Positions 52,174 to 64,000 of a stretch of 64,000 nucleotides of DNA are shown here, piece by piece. Origin of the DNA: Antedon mediterranea (taxonomy: Eukaryota > Animalia > Echinodermata). The notes below the pieces were generated by a model, which was not told the DNA's origin, made no database searches, and saw only the letters and a list, made by a program, of their open reading frames with translations. The DNA lies in the NCBI RefSeq assembly GCF_964355755.1, contig NC_092671.1:18042001-18106000 (forward strand), read 5' to 3'. The position numbers and the translations under genes were made by a program. The first letter of the stretch is position 1. Each line of letters starts with the position of its first letter.

Positions 52174-54210
52174 TGTAATAATATGTTTATGGTAAGTTAT
52201 TTTGTTTGTTAGTCTGTCAAATTAACTACAATAAAACATTAGTTCTATATATTCTGCTTACATTTTTCTTATTCAGTGTACAGAATGTGACACTTTATTC
52301 CTTTTGCAAGATTTTCTTTGTGAGGATCAGCTAAAACCATACTCAAAACTTTACACCATGGCACCTTTGCGAATCTCTGGTGGTAGTTTGTTAAGATGTT
52401 TGTGTTAGCTTTACTAATTGCGAATGACTTGTTCATATGAAGCAATCCCAAATTGAGTAGGAAATGAAGTGGGAGATTTACTTGAGTATTGCTTCCTACA
52501 GGGATATCAACTCCCCTGAGGGGTCTTAAGATAAACTAAGTTTGTAGGCTCATCAAAGAGTTGAGTTTCTCAAGCAATGTGTATACTTAATGCTTTTCTG
52601 TTTTGACCGATTGTTAAATTTCCCTATAAGGGTTTTTATTATTACATCAATCTTTTAAATTTTAACATTTACAGTGGCCATTCGTTTTTGGATATGAAAT
52701 TTTGTTATTCTGAAATATTTGTATTAATCAACATCATATAAAATTAATTTTTATTGATGCACAGCATTTAGAGTAATTATACTTTTGGTGGGGATATCCA
52801 ATATACTGTACTTTTAGAGATATTCTTTATTAAATACAGTATTCTTTTTTTGTTTTTTTTTATACGGTATTTCTTATTATTTCTTAAATTTTTAAAGATG
52901 ATGATGATCTGGGTAATGGAGTTTGGATGTCACTAATTATCAATAAATGATTTGATTAAATACTGTACACCATCAATATTTCACTATTGAGACTTACTGT
53001 ATATCGCTATATTGTTGTACAGTATCTACAGTAATTTATTATATTGTAGTTTATTGTTCATACATAGGGTTTTTAGTGAGGCGTTAAATATTTTAATATT
53101 AGAAGGCGTTTATTTTTTAGTGTAATATGAAAACACATAATTATATATATTTTTTCTAAATAAGACAAAATACAACACAATTGATATTAAGAATGTGTCC
53201 TGTGGTGTTTTTATTTGTTTATTCAAAACGATGTTATATTGGGAGTTTATTCAATGCAGGGCATTTATTTATTTGAATAAATACGGATATAAAAACAATG
53301 TTTTTGTTTGCATTTCAACAATTTTTTGAAATATAGTTGTTTTTCTACTGTACTGTACACATAGAGGAAATATCATTTGTGTGATTGTTTTTTAACAATA
53401 GTTGTAAAGTCATTGTAATGATTTCTTTTGATTTCAAGCATTCACTTTTTATTAAAAGTGAGAATAAAGTGTCGGCAGTTTCTCTGTTTATAAAAGTGAA
53501 GCACGCCAAACAGGAAGGTAGTTTGTTTATTGAGATATTCAAGAGACATTTAGTGAACGTAGCTGACTTGCATTTTTATTCTTACAGTAGTTTGTGCTTA
53601 AAATGTGATCCCTGGCATAGTTTGATTCAATAGACATTCATTTAAACCTACTGTTCATGTACTGTAATCTTAATATTGTGATTATCAACTTTAGTTGTAA
53701 GTATACAGTATATTATAATTAGTATTATTAGTATAATTAGTATACAAGTTTAAAAATAACTATTGATTTTGTTTTCAGCAGTTATGACTGTATCTTGTGA
53801 GCATATGTACATACTGTATGTATTGTATAGCATAGCAGTGATTTTGATGGCAGATTTTTTGTGCAACTATTTTGGTTTTGGTCTCTGCAATTTATGAGTC
53901 TAGGCTTGATAAAGCTTCTTTAAATCAAGCATACAAAAATGTCTCCCTTTTTATTCCAATTTCTGTCTCAGGTTAATTAAATGTTTCTTCATGGCATTGA
54001 TGTTTTTATACTGTACAGTAGTTTAAGACAAATTTTACTTTAGTTATTGTTGTTAAGAGCTCAGTCTTGCTTACCTGCCCTCTGACGGTTTCTATATTTT
54101 CATTATTTTATGTTAATGTCCAGGATTCATTTAGTTTTCATTCTTTAAATTGATTAAAATAGCAATTTTCATGTAAAGTACTACTGTAGGTTAGTAATTT
54201 AAACTATTTG

Positions 54211-55547
54211 CAGGGCTCGAAATTTACTTTTTTTTCGACTAGCAAACTTTGCTAGTTGTAAAAAAATTAACTAGCAAAATCAGCAGCATAACTAGCAATC
54301 ACATATTTTTTTCGATAAAATAGTTAAATTCTACACAAATCTGAATTTATTTAGGTGTAGACCTAGGCCTAGCTTTTAGGTGTAGGCCTAGCTAGCTAGG
54401 CAAAGCTGTAGTAGTAGTAGTACCCTTTTTAGCCTAATTAAAAAAAGATCAAGACATCCTTTCATGCTAGTCAAATCAAGGGCGTTTCGGCCTATGGACG
54501 ATTCGTCCCGAGACGTTTCGGCCCACTTTTTTTTAGGTCGAAACATCAAACTTTTAAAGTTTGAAGCGGAACAAAATTGACTAGGCCTATGTATAAAATA
54601 TCATTGCCGATGACAAAACTGAGTTTTATATTGTTTATATCCAGACGTAATTAAAACATTAAATTTAATTGCCACCGAGCGAAATTGGTAGGCCATAACT
54701 AATCCGTCCAAGCTACGCCCGCCTCACTCCGCCGTCTCTCGCGCTCCACTCGTCTCTATCGAGGAAATTCCCTATCGCACGAGAGGCATGATGTTGGAAT
54801 AATAGTGGGCTGATCAATAGTTTGAAAACAGCTTACGGCATTTCTTAAGTGAATTTTTATTCAACGTATTCTTCTTTGATGAATCCTTTGCCCATTGCTG
54901 TGTCAATCAGTAATTAAAGTTGTGATGCGAAAGTGTGTGTAATTTAATTCCGCAGGTAAACAATAGGCATAAGAAAATCCATCGCACAAACAACAGGACC
55001 TCGTGGTGTGCCGAGAAGACGTTCTTCTCGAGCGCGAGATCATAAACAAAATTGGAAGAGTCCATTAAGTGGGGGGGGGGGGGGGTGTTTACTATTTACG
55101 AATCTATTAAATACGCGCTTCGACCACTGTGTAGGCAAAATATTTATTTTGTTAAATCCCTAAATTGATAATCGCGTATTCTGTGATCACGTGGTTGATG
55201 ATTTAATCCTTAGCGACGTACTAAATGCACATGCTTTTGTGTTGGGGAAAAGCTTGCTGTTTATAATGCACATCGCTAACAACTATGCTACCACATGATT
55301 CACGGTGCTATTCGCGTTTCCTTGACGTAAATTGGCGGCGTGTAAATGAAACAATTGTTTTCACCAAAGTGGTTCCTATTAGCCGTTGTCGACATAGCGA
55401 TTGGCGGCTAGCGTGGCTAAGCTAAAAAGTACGTATTTTTCCAAAAATTACACTAGCAAACATTTGCTAGTTTTGAAATTTTCAACTAGCAATTATCAAG
55501 AATCTACTAGCAAAATGCTAGTTTGCTAGCGTGAATTTCGAGCCCTG
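54211..55547. mobile_element. hAT-like non-autonomous element with a 5-bp TSD
   Basis: Perfect 14-bp TIR CAGGGCTCGAAATT...AATTTCGAGCCCTG, flanking direct repeat ATTTG, and many subterminal ACTAGCAA motifs. Confidence 0.8.
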
Positions 55548-56231
55548 ATTTGATTTATTATTGTGGCATGACAAATCTTACAACATACATTTGAATTATT
55601 TTCGATGTTCAATTACTTGGAATTATTCAGTTGATAAATGATGGGAAGGTTATAGTTCAGTAATCATGTGAATCATTTAAAGTTTTGTAATAATGTATTA
55701 GCATTTTTCATACAGTACAGCTTAAAGGTTATTATTAAAATCAGTAGTTTTTGTTTTTTAATCAAATTCAGATTGTAATTTAGACATAAGGTTTAACAGT
55801 ATAATACTGGTATGCATTCTAGTGGTTTAGTATACCTTGCTATTTAATTTTTATTAATTTAACAAGTTTACACAAACCATAAATTAAATCTTGAATTGAA
55901 TACATTTGACACAAGTGTTTTTTTGTTTGCTATTTCATTGTTTACTATTACTACTATATAAAACAACAATTAGTGTATACATATAGTATTGTACCACTCC
56001 CAGTAACAGCTGAGTGATTCACTATGATTATTATCATTGAGGTGTTAAATAAGTACTTTTCATTATTGTCTTGTTTTATCAACTACAGTATATAATTAAA
56101 TTTTTATTATTTTGACTTAATGTGTGTTTCAGAGCTGTTTCAAGAAATACTCTACACCTACTGTACACTAAGTACAGTATTTTGGTCATCTGCTGTTTAC
56201 TATTAATATTTTTATGTACTTAAATTGACAG

Positions 56232-56279
56232 ATATTTGGACAAAAAGTTGAAGTTTGACTGAAGATGGAAGCTCAACAG
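56232..56279 (+). CDS. CTNNB1: Beta-catenin exon 2 (5' UTR plus MEAQQ, ATG at 56265)
   Basis: TTGACAG|...AAGATGG (good Kozak context)...CAG|GTAAAA. Phase 0 fits the acceptor at 60430. Analogous to the short vertebrate MATQ exon. Confidence 0.7.
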
Positions 56280-59200
56280 GTAAAATAAATCTTCAAATAA
56301 TACTAATTTTCTGACATATGGCTTAATCATAACAATTAAAAAAATTACTGTATGAATAATTTCATAACTAATTACAAACTCATTATGGTATTGCTGCTTA
56401 TGAATTCATCATTATGCATGAATTGTTAAATGAATGAAATTCATTTTAAAAAGAACATTTTATAACTGATAATTGTTTTGATTTAAATTTTTAAAAATTA
56501 AGTTCATTAGTTAGATTTTAAGAGTTTAAACTTATTTTAGAATAGAAATAAATTTTAATAGCTACTGTGTGACAATGGTCACATGGGAATCATGTTTGTT
56601 GTGTCAAAGGTCGTTGGTTTATTTAATTAAAGCTGTAACCTGAAAGTACAACAAAGTATTCTTCTAAGGGGCTGCAATTTTTAATAATTTACTACTTTTT
56701 TTAAAATTGTATATTTGTATCCATATATTCATACATATGAAATTAGCCTTTGAAAGAGTATAAATTCAAATATTAATATTCCTTTTATTGTTACAATGTT
56801 GTTGTTTGAATACCTACAGTACAGATAAAAACTACTGCAACATTTGCCACGCGTAGGTAACGTAGTCTACGCGTGGCGGTTGCGTGGCGTAGCATTCGTA
56901 GTGCGTAGGCTACGCGTAGCATTCGTAGCCTACGTTGTGATCAACTGTGTGTGGGAATTCCCCAAACTCAACTGTGTACAAGTACATCGTCGACGGCTTA
57001 GGCTAAGCAGGCTACGAAAAGTTCGAATAAATAGAAATGATACGATTGTTTCGCCAATACAATAATATCATCATCATTATTAAACATGCTTGAAATTCAA
57101 ATTTTTCTAAAGAAAATAGCAATTAAAATTGCTCAAAGCCTAGGCTAGACGCGAAAAGTCTAATTAACTAGGCCTACTGCTGACTGCTGTACATTCACCA
57201 TCGGCATCGCCGGCCAGGCTAGTGTACAAAATGAATTGATGACGGGCCGTTATTATGACTACCTTCCATAGTAATAGTATTAGTAGTAGGCCTAAAATTG
57301 CAAGTTAATTTTTTTATAAGTAATTAATACAGTACTCAGTATGTTTCATTTAAACAAAAAAATATCCAGGTTTGAAACTGTCGTAACTGTACATCAAACT
57401 CCATTATTAGCTATTGTAACAACCTGCAGCAGAGGATCGGTGGAGGGTCAAGTTACAGGTCGTTTAGACCATCGTCATCAGCAGAGAGGAGGAAGATCGG
57501 AGGACACATAACATGTGCTTGCCTGATCTTGTTGTTTTGTTTTTTTTAGTCATGCGCGATAATAAATTAGATAGTATTCAAATAAATGTTATTTTAGTTA
57601 TAAAAATAAATTATAATTAACATTTTAGGGTTAGGAAATATGCAAGACTTTATTTAATAAAAGTTGAACTTCACTAACTTGAAGGTTAAAATCAAAACAT
57701 AAAAGTACAGTTCAGAGAGAGTATCCATCCGCGGATCATAAACACGTGGATATAAACACACTGGGCGAATGAATTACGAATGGAGTGATCCGTCTCGATT
57801 TCCGTTGGAACAAAAATAATACGCAAATAATATCGTATTTGTATTCTATTATTTTGACATTTACAGTATTTAAACAATTCATATTATCCCATAGTACTAA
57901 ATAAGCGTAATATTTCATTTAAACGCATTTTTAAAACGAAACATCGTTCATTATAGCCTAGTAAACAAACATAGTTCAGACAGTAGAGTTGTACTGCGCG
58001 ATACACACACGTGGGTAAACAGCAGCTTCACGGCGAAAACTGTCGTATCGAGGAAATATCCTTCCGTCACCTAGGCTACTGTATACCATATTATTTCACA
58101 TTTTCACGCCATGTACATCGTATTTAACGCTTGTACACAGTATGGATTATCATACAGTACTACTACTAAGTAGGCCTATAAGTACTATAGGCGTACCACA
58201 TATTTTAAAATTAAACTGTCAGTAGGTACGCCGGTAACCCTACCTTTTTAGCTAGCTAGCTAGGCCTAGCCGGAGGCCATTTCACACAAACATACGACGA
58301 CCGCCGTACGTTGGCCGATCGGTGATAGATATGTACACTTGTTCTTCTTTCATAAAAATAAATGTCCCATTTTAACACAACCAACACACAGTAATTAATA
58401 CTAATATACTAATATTAATACATTTATTATTACTTCACAGTAATTAACTCGCATTTTAAATTTGATGAAAACTACAGTAGTATTCAAATTCGTTAACTAA
58501 TTCCGTGTGTGGTGCAGCACAGTACACAATAATCTGAACATTGGAATTTCCCCTCCTAGCTCTCGCTTCGTAGGCTACGCGTAGACTACGCGTAGCATGT
58601 TAGCTTGCGTAGATTACGCCACGCGAAACCTACGAAGTTGCCACGCGTACGAAACGTAGTCTACGCGTCCAAATGTTGCAGTATTTATTATCTGTACTGT
58701 ACAAGACATTGTGCTATAAAAGATTGTTGTACACAGTGAAAATGGATATTATTTACACCGAAATAACCTAAATTAAGAAACAAATAAATAAATATTATTA
58801 ACTAATGTGAATGTACAGTATGGTATTGTTTTTTCTTATATTAAATTACAGTTAGTAATAATGGAAAGAAAATTCTTCTGGGATTCTTTCCTTCAGTATG
58901 AGCAGTAGATAGATGCTTTAAAAAAAAAACTAGAATCTTAAAAAAAACAAAGCTAAACAATTAGTAAAATATGCAAATACTAATTTGAATGTTTATTTAT
59001 TCGTCTGGCATGTTTTCCTTGATTTCCACAGACTGAAGAAGAACGCCAACCACTGATGATGAATGTGGGCGGGGTTAGTCACGCTTCATTACAAAACAAT
59101 ACCTCCTATGTGTCAATCATTACATACCCAAAATTTAGAGTCATTATATCTGTCATTATTATTAAACAAAACAGATTGAGAAGTTAAATAATATATTTTT

Positions 59201-62200
59201 GGCTTGGATGGATACAAATTAAATGAAACTGAAATTTATTATTTTTTGCACTTTTACTATGTACATGTCTGTTGTAATTAATTAACATGAATTAACGCTT
59301 TCCATGCTTCATATTCATAAATGCACTTCATTGTAATATTTTTTGTTAAAATAATTCTGTTATTAATTTACAATTTCATTCATCATGAAAATATATCAAA
59401 ATATGAGTCCCATTCCTCATATTCATTAAAAATTATACAATATCTGTTTCTCATTCATAAACATTGTTCTAATAACTGTATATATAATTAAATCTTGGCA
59501 CATTTAAATTATACAATTTATAGTTTTTCCGGTATGGCAAGTTCATTTAATAACTACATTGCTTTCTGGTGGCTACTTGGAAGTGAATCTTGTGGCTCCC
59601 CGCCCACGTTTAATATCTTGCTATTCATCATAACTCATTTCACTTCTGTTTGATAATTATCTATTGTATTGTATTGTAATCATGCATTAATTTATGTCAA
59701 TAAATAACTATTAGAATGAGAACAAAAACACAAATTGCAGTACAAGCTGCAGCATATTGCTCTTTTGTCCTCTACTGTAACTAACTCTGGTCCTGCTTAA
59801 TGAATACTAGGGTTTCTTAATGTTTTAATATCAATATTCTATTCTTAATTTTCATTCATGTAATCCATTATTAATGTGAACATCCTGATACATTACCACT
59901 TATATTGATATTGAATGCATTACTGTAGAATACTAGAATTTAGCTTTAAAAAAAAATTGCTAATTAAAATATTTCATTAAAAAAAAATTACAATTTTCAA
60001 TTGCATTAACAGTATAGCTTTTTTTGCATTATTTTATAAAATTATTTTAATTATTATCTAACATGTTTTATTTTAAACGTACAGTACTAACCAAAATAGT
60101 TTATTTGGAGAATCTTGTTAAATATAAAATGTAAACAATGAGGTTATTGGCTAGAAATGTAACATGGATATAAATTGTGATAACAAATTAAGGATTTTAA
60201 ATATTTATTTATGTTTTGTAAATACTTGGCCAAAGTGTTAATTTTAACCATGTGTATGTTGTGTAACTAACTGATCTGTTTCTCCAATCATCTACTTTAG
60301 TACTGTATATCCCTGTAAACATCAGCCACTGCCTGTTTTTTACTTTTTACTTTACAACTTATTTGTAATTGTACAAATATCCAGATTAAAATGATTTCAT
60401 CAGTTAACAAAAGTTGATTGTATTCCCAGTATCATGCCGGTCCAGGACAAAAGCAACGAGGGGGCTACATGAGCCCTGGTCTCCAAGACCTGCCTAAAGC
60501 TGATCCAATGCAGCAAACAATGGAATGGAGTCATGGCTATGGAATGGATTCAGGAATCCAGAGTGGGGCAACTACACAAGCACCGTCTGTCAGTAGCAAG
60601 AGTCTTCACGATGAAGATGACCAAAACATGTACCAAGACTGGGACCAGAATTATGGGCCGACTTACACACAAGAACAAGTTGATGGTGGGTAATATTTAT
60701 GTACTAAGATACTATATTGATGCATTTTCTCAAATTATTGATCTTTGTAAAAAAATATGCCAGTTCACAAACTAATTAATCAAGTAATCATTGAACGGGA
60801 TTATGTTCAACCTTTCCAAGAATAAAGAATAACATTAAATTGTTGAACCATCAATAAAATGTTTATCTTAAACATATGATTTATTTACAGAAATGAACCA
60901 ACAGTTAAACCAAACACGCTCACAGAGAGTTCGTGCTGCAATGTACCCCGAGACATTGGAAGAGGGAACACAGATCCCTTCAACACAGTTTGATCCTCAA
61001 CATCCAACTGCTGTACAGAGATTGGCAGAGCCATCTCAGATGCTGAAGCATGCAGTTGTCAACCTGATCAACTACCAGGATGATGCAGACCTAGCCACTA
61101 GAGCAATTCCAGAGTTGACCAAGCTTCTCAATGATGAAGATCAGGTTTGTAGGAAGCATTTATCTTTTTATTCCTATGTTAAGTTCCTAAGGTTAGATAT
61201 AAATTTCAGTCTTTATTACACGTCCACATTTTTTGTTGTTGAAAATTATGTTTTTAAAAGATACAGAAAAATAATTATGTTCTATGTTATGCTGTACAAT
61301 GTTTTGTTAGCACTGTATAGGAATTACTTTCATGATGAAAGATATCTTGTGTTTATATACATAAAATAATTATTTAAAATATAGGTTGTTGTTGGGCAAG
61401 CAGCTCTAATGGTCCACCAGCTGTCAAAGAAGGAGGCCAGTCGACATGCCATCATGAACTCTCCACAAATTGTTGCAGCATTAGTTCGAGCCATGGCTAA
61501 CAGTAATGATGCAGAGGTCACTAAGTGTGTAGCAGGTACTCTACACAATTTGTCACATCACAGAGCTGGACTCCTGACCATCTGGAAAAGCGGTGGTATT
61601 CCATTGCTGATAAAACTGTTAAGGTAATCTTTTGATACTTTGTTGGCTATGCGGCACAGAAAATGAAAATTCATATGCAAAAGTTTGAGCCATTTTCCTT
61701 TAATGTTATAATTCTCAGTCAAATTAAAATTTTAAAAATCTATGGTGATAACCCATTGCTTAGTTAAATTTAAAATATGTTGTTTTGAGAGTCCCATCCG
61801 AGAAGGCACGTCTCATTGAGAATGTTTACTTCTAATTTTTAACTCTGTAAACCAGTTTTAATGTTTAATTTAGAGAATATTCTATCCATTTTGAATACTG
61901 AATAGGGACCCACCTTCTTGGCTCCAGATCATAAACAGAATAATTAAATAACTTGCGCATAACAATATCTACTTCAACTTAACCATGCCTAGGGCGTAGT
62001 ATTTATAGTTAATCATTCGAATAAACTGAACTGGAGAAAAGCAAAGTTGAATTGTATTGATTTTTCAACCTAGATTTATAATATTTAATATCAGATATGT
62101 TCTAAACTAATCTTAAAAAGATTAGTTTGTCTAATTATTTCAAAGAATATTTTATGGGATGCGAAAGATAATTCTTTTTCTATTTAAAGCATAATTAGCA

Positions 62201-62715
62201 ATTGGTTCCCAGACATTATTTTTATTATTTTATTTGACTTATACAATACGATACACAAGGCAATATTTCTAGTCAGATCACAATTTTTAAAAATGTATTT
62301 ATTATTCAACTTTGTTTTACACAAGTGCCCATATATGGACATGATGATAGCATATCACTACCATATTTAGTAGTCCCATCACACTTTTGTCGAACTAGTT
62401 TGACAGTGTAAACAAAGCTGTACAGCTGTACTACAGCAGTACAGCTGACTTGAATAGGCCTTTTTTAAACATACTATTAACCATAAAATAATTGTATTTT
62501 TAATATCTTGCAGCTCACCAATCGAGTCTGTTCTCTTTTACGCCATCACCACTCTACACAATCTGCTTCTTCATCAAGAAGGAGCCAAGATGGCTGTCCG
62601 CATTAATGGCGGCATACAGAAGATGGTGGCACTTCTTAGTAAAGAGAATGTCAAGTTCCTTGCCATTACAACAGACTGTCTACAGATCCTGGCATACGGA
62701 AACCAAGAAAGCAAG
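56265..62715 (+). CDS. CTNNB1: Beta-catenin/armadillo, 5' part (N-terminal degron and first ARM repeats); the gene continues past the window
   Basis: join(56265..56279,60430..60685,60891..61144,61385..61623,62514..62715) with consistent phases. Contains the [14 protein letters not shown] phosphodegron, [41 protein letters not shown] and [11 protein letters not shown]. Confidence 0.97.
56817..58699. mobile_element. Tc1/mariner-like (pogo/Tigger-type CAGT ends) non-autonomous element in beta-catenin intron 2
   Basis: TA|CAGTACAGATAA..A.TACTGCAACATTTG...CAAATGTTGCAGTA.TT.TTATCTGTACTG|TA, with subterminal arrays of CTACGCGTAG-like palindromes. Confidence 0.85.
59032..59073 (+). other. Candidate in-frame cassette micro-exon of beta-catenin ([11 protein letters not shown] or [14 protein letters not shown])
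   Basis: Strong acceptor TTTTCCTTGATTTCCACAG|, open phase-0 frame, and two phase-0 donors (after 59064 GTGGGC; after 59073 GTTAGT) inside a phase-0 intron. Confidence 0.45.
60430..60685 (+). CDS. CTNNB1: Beta-catenin exon 3 (degron exon)
   Basis: TTCCCAG|YHAGPG...[17 protein letters not shown]...EQVD|GTGGGT. Confidence 0.9.
60891..61144 (+). CDS. CTNNB1: Beta-catenin exon 4
   Basis: TTACAG|[12 protein letters not shown]...LLNDEDQ|GTTTGT; 254 nt. Confidence 0.97.
61385..61623 (+). CDS. CTNNB1: Beta-catenin exon 5
   Basis: ATAG|[22 protein letters not shown]...LIKLL|GTAATC; 239 nt. Confidence 0.96.
62514..62715 (+). CDS. CTNNB1: Beta-catenin exon 6
   Basis: TTGCAG|[18 protein letters not shown]...GNQESK|GTAAGT; 202 nt. 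Confidence 0.97.
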
Positions 62716-64000
62716 GTAAGTTGTGCTAGTAGTAGTAGATTTACGTGGTTGTACGATGCAAAGATTATTAAGCCGGCATTGCTAAACCCTCGCAAACCTT
62801 CAACAAACATAGCAAACTCCTTAAACAAACATAAATGCAATTGAATCATGTAGTCACTCGTTTGGTGTTTGTCAAAACTACTTTTTTGTGGAGTAAAACA
62901 TTATTTTTTGGTTTTACCCCAAATATAATAGTTAACAATTTGTTTCATTTTAATAAACCAAGTGAGTTGTACACTACATGATTCAATCACTTTTATTTGA
63001 TTTTCATTGTTTTTTTGTTTTATTTATTTTGTTTATCAAATGATGTTTAACCCTAAAAATAGTTAACAAAAGTTTACATTTTTGTTTACTTACCAAGTGA
63101 GTCATACACTACATGGTTTAGATAGCAATACCTTTATTAAACAATTAGTGTTCTATAATTTTTTAATTAAACAAGAACAGTTACTTTTAAAGACATAACA
63201 TGGCGCTATTATTGATGTAAGTTTAATTTGCTGTCTACAGTACAGGATATATACAAAATTAGTTGCTTTAAACAACTGATTAAATTTGCTATAAATTAAA
63301 CCATTCCTTAAACTCCATTGTTTCATAAAAATAGAATTTCTTAAACGGTTTTATTTGATTGGGGGTACTGTTTTTTGTCAAATGAAGTTCCTGAACTCTT
63401 TTAGTTTGATGTATTTAATTTAAAACATTTCCTCCGTTAAAGTATACACCATAGAATGATCTTTTTAAATGGTTACAAAAGTAATAATTTTTACGAAATG
63501 CATCAATCATTCTTTGATATACCGCAGGTCAAAGGATTGCCGCCAACAGCCAAATATGTGAGTCAGAAAGCACTGTTGGCTTTGTCTTGAACAATATAGT
63601 TCCTCAAATTTATTTTCTTGATTGATGTTTGAATAAAACACCCTTCCATTTTATGAATTGGAGAAGAAAAGGGTGTTGGCCTTTCAAATTAGTTTTAGCC
63701 TAACCATACTTATTTATTAATTTATTTCAACTTTATTTAGAACCTAACCATTCTAGCTGAACCTGCAGGTCAGCTGCTATCCAGGGGCCCTCTTTAAAAT
63801 GACAAAATATAAAGAAACTATACTTATCTAAATTAAACTAAATTACATTTAACAAAGTACTATAAATCAGTATATTTAACAAATAAATAAATATACTGTC
63901 TAAAGCATAAATAAACTGAAATACTGAGGTTCTACAGAAAATGATAGTTGATTATTCTAATAATAATTTAATAAATTAAAATAAGAATATTAATAAAGAA

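Noticed and set aside
55069-55086. G15 run as a regulatory G-quadruplex
   Set aside because: A simple homopolymer inside a transposon, with error-prone length.
56133-56171. Possible additional 5' UTR exon of beta-catenin
   Set aside because: The acceptor (TTTCAG) is plausible but the donor is weak and the following intron would be only about 60 nt; unsupported without transcripts.
56844-57065. Arg-rich 73-aa ORF
   Set aside because: Translation of the palindromic subterminal repeats of the mariner-like element.

Overview
AT-rich animal genomic DNA, most likely from an invertebrate deuterostome such as an echinoderm (inferred from the protein sequences and the repeat types). Two spliced + strand genes can be rebuilt by hand. 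PDE12 is complete (7 coding exons, 39063-45038, 641 aa). Beta-catenin is present as its 5' half (non-coding exon 1 near 50.6 kb, coding exons 56265-62715, running off the window). The rest is transposon-rich: four decayed LINEs, three Academ DNA transposons with TAG...CTA ends and 3-bp TSDs, two Helentron-type non-autonomous elements (one carrying four tRNA-Val-derived modules), and Tc1/mariner-, hAT-, piggyBac-, Kolobok- and Harbinger-like non-autonomous elements. The most notable observations are: (1) a candidate in-frame micro-exon in beta-catenin intron 2 whose splice donors pair over about 26 bp with an intronic element about 520 nt downstream; (2) direct evidence that the abundant TAGGCCTA and TACAGTA/TACTGTA words are insertions at TA sites, resembling transposon excision footprints; (3) the tRNA-carrying rolling-circle element. 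No CRISPR, rRNA or prokaryotic features were seen. All alignments were done by eye and no database search was run.
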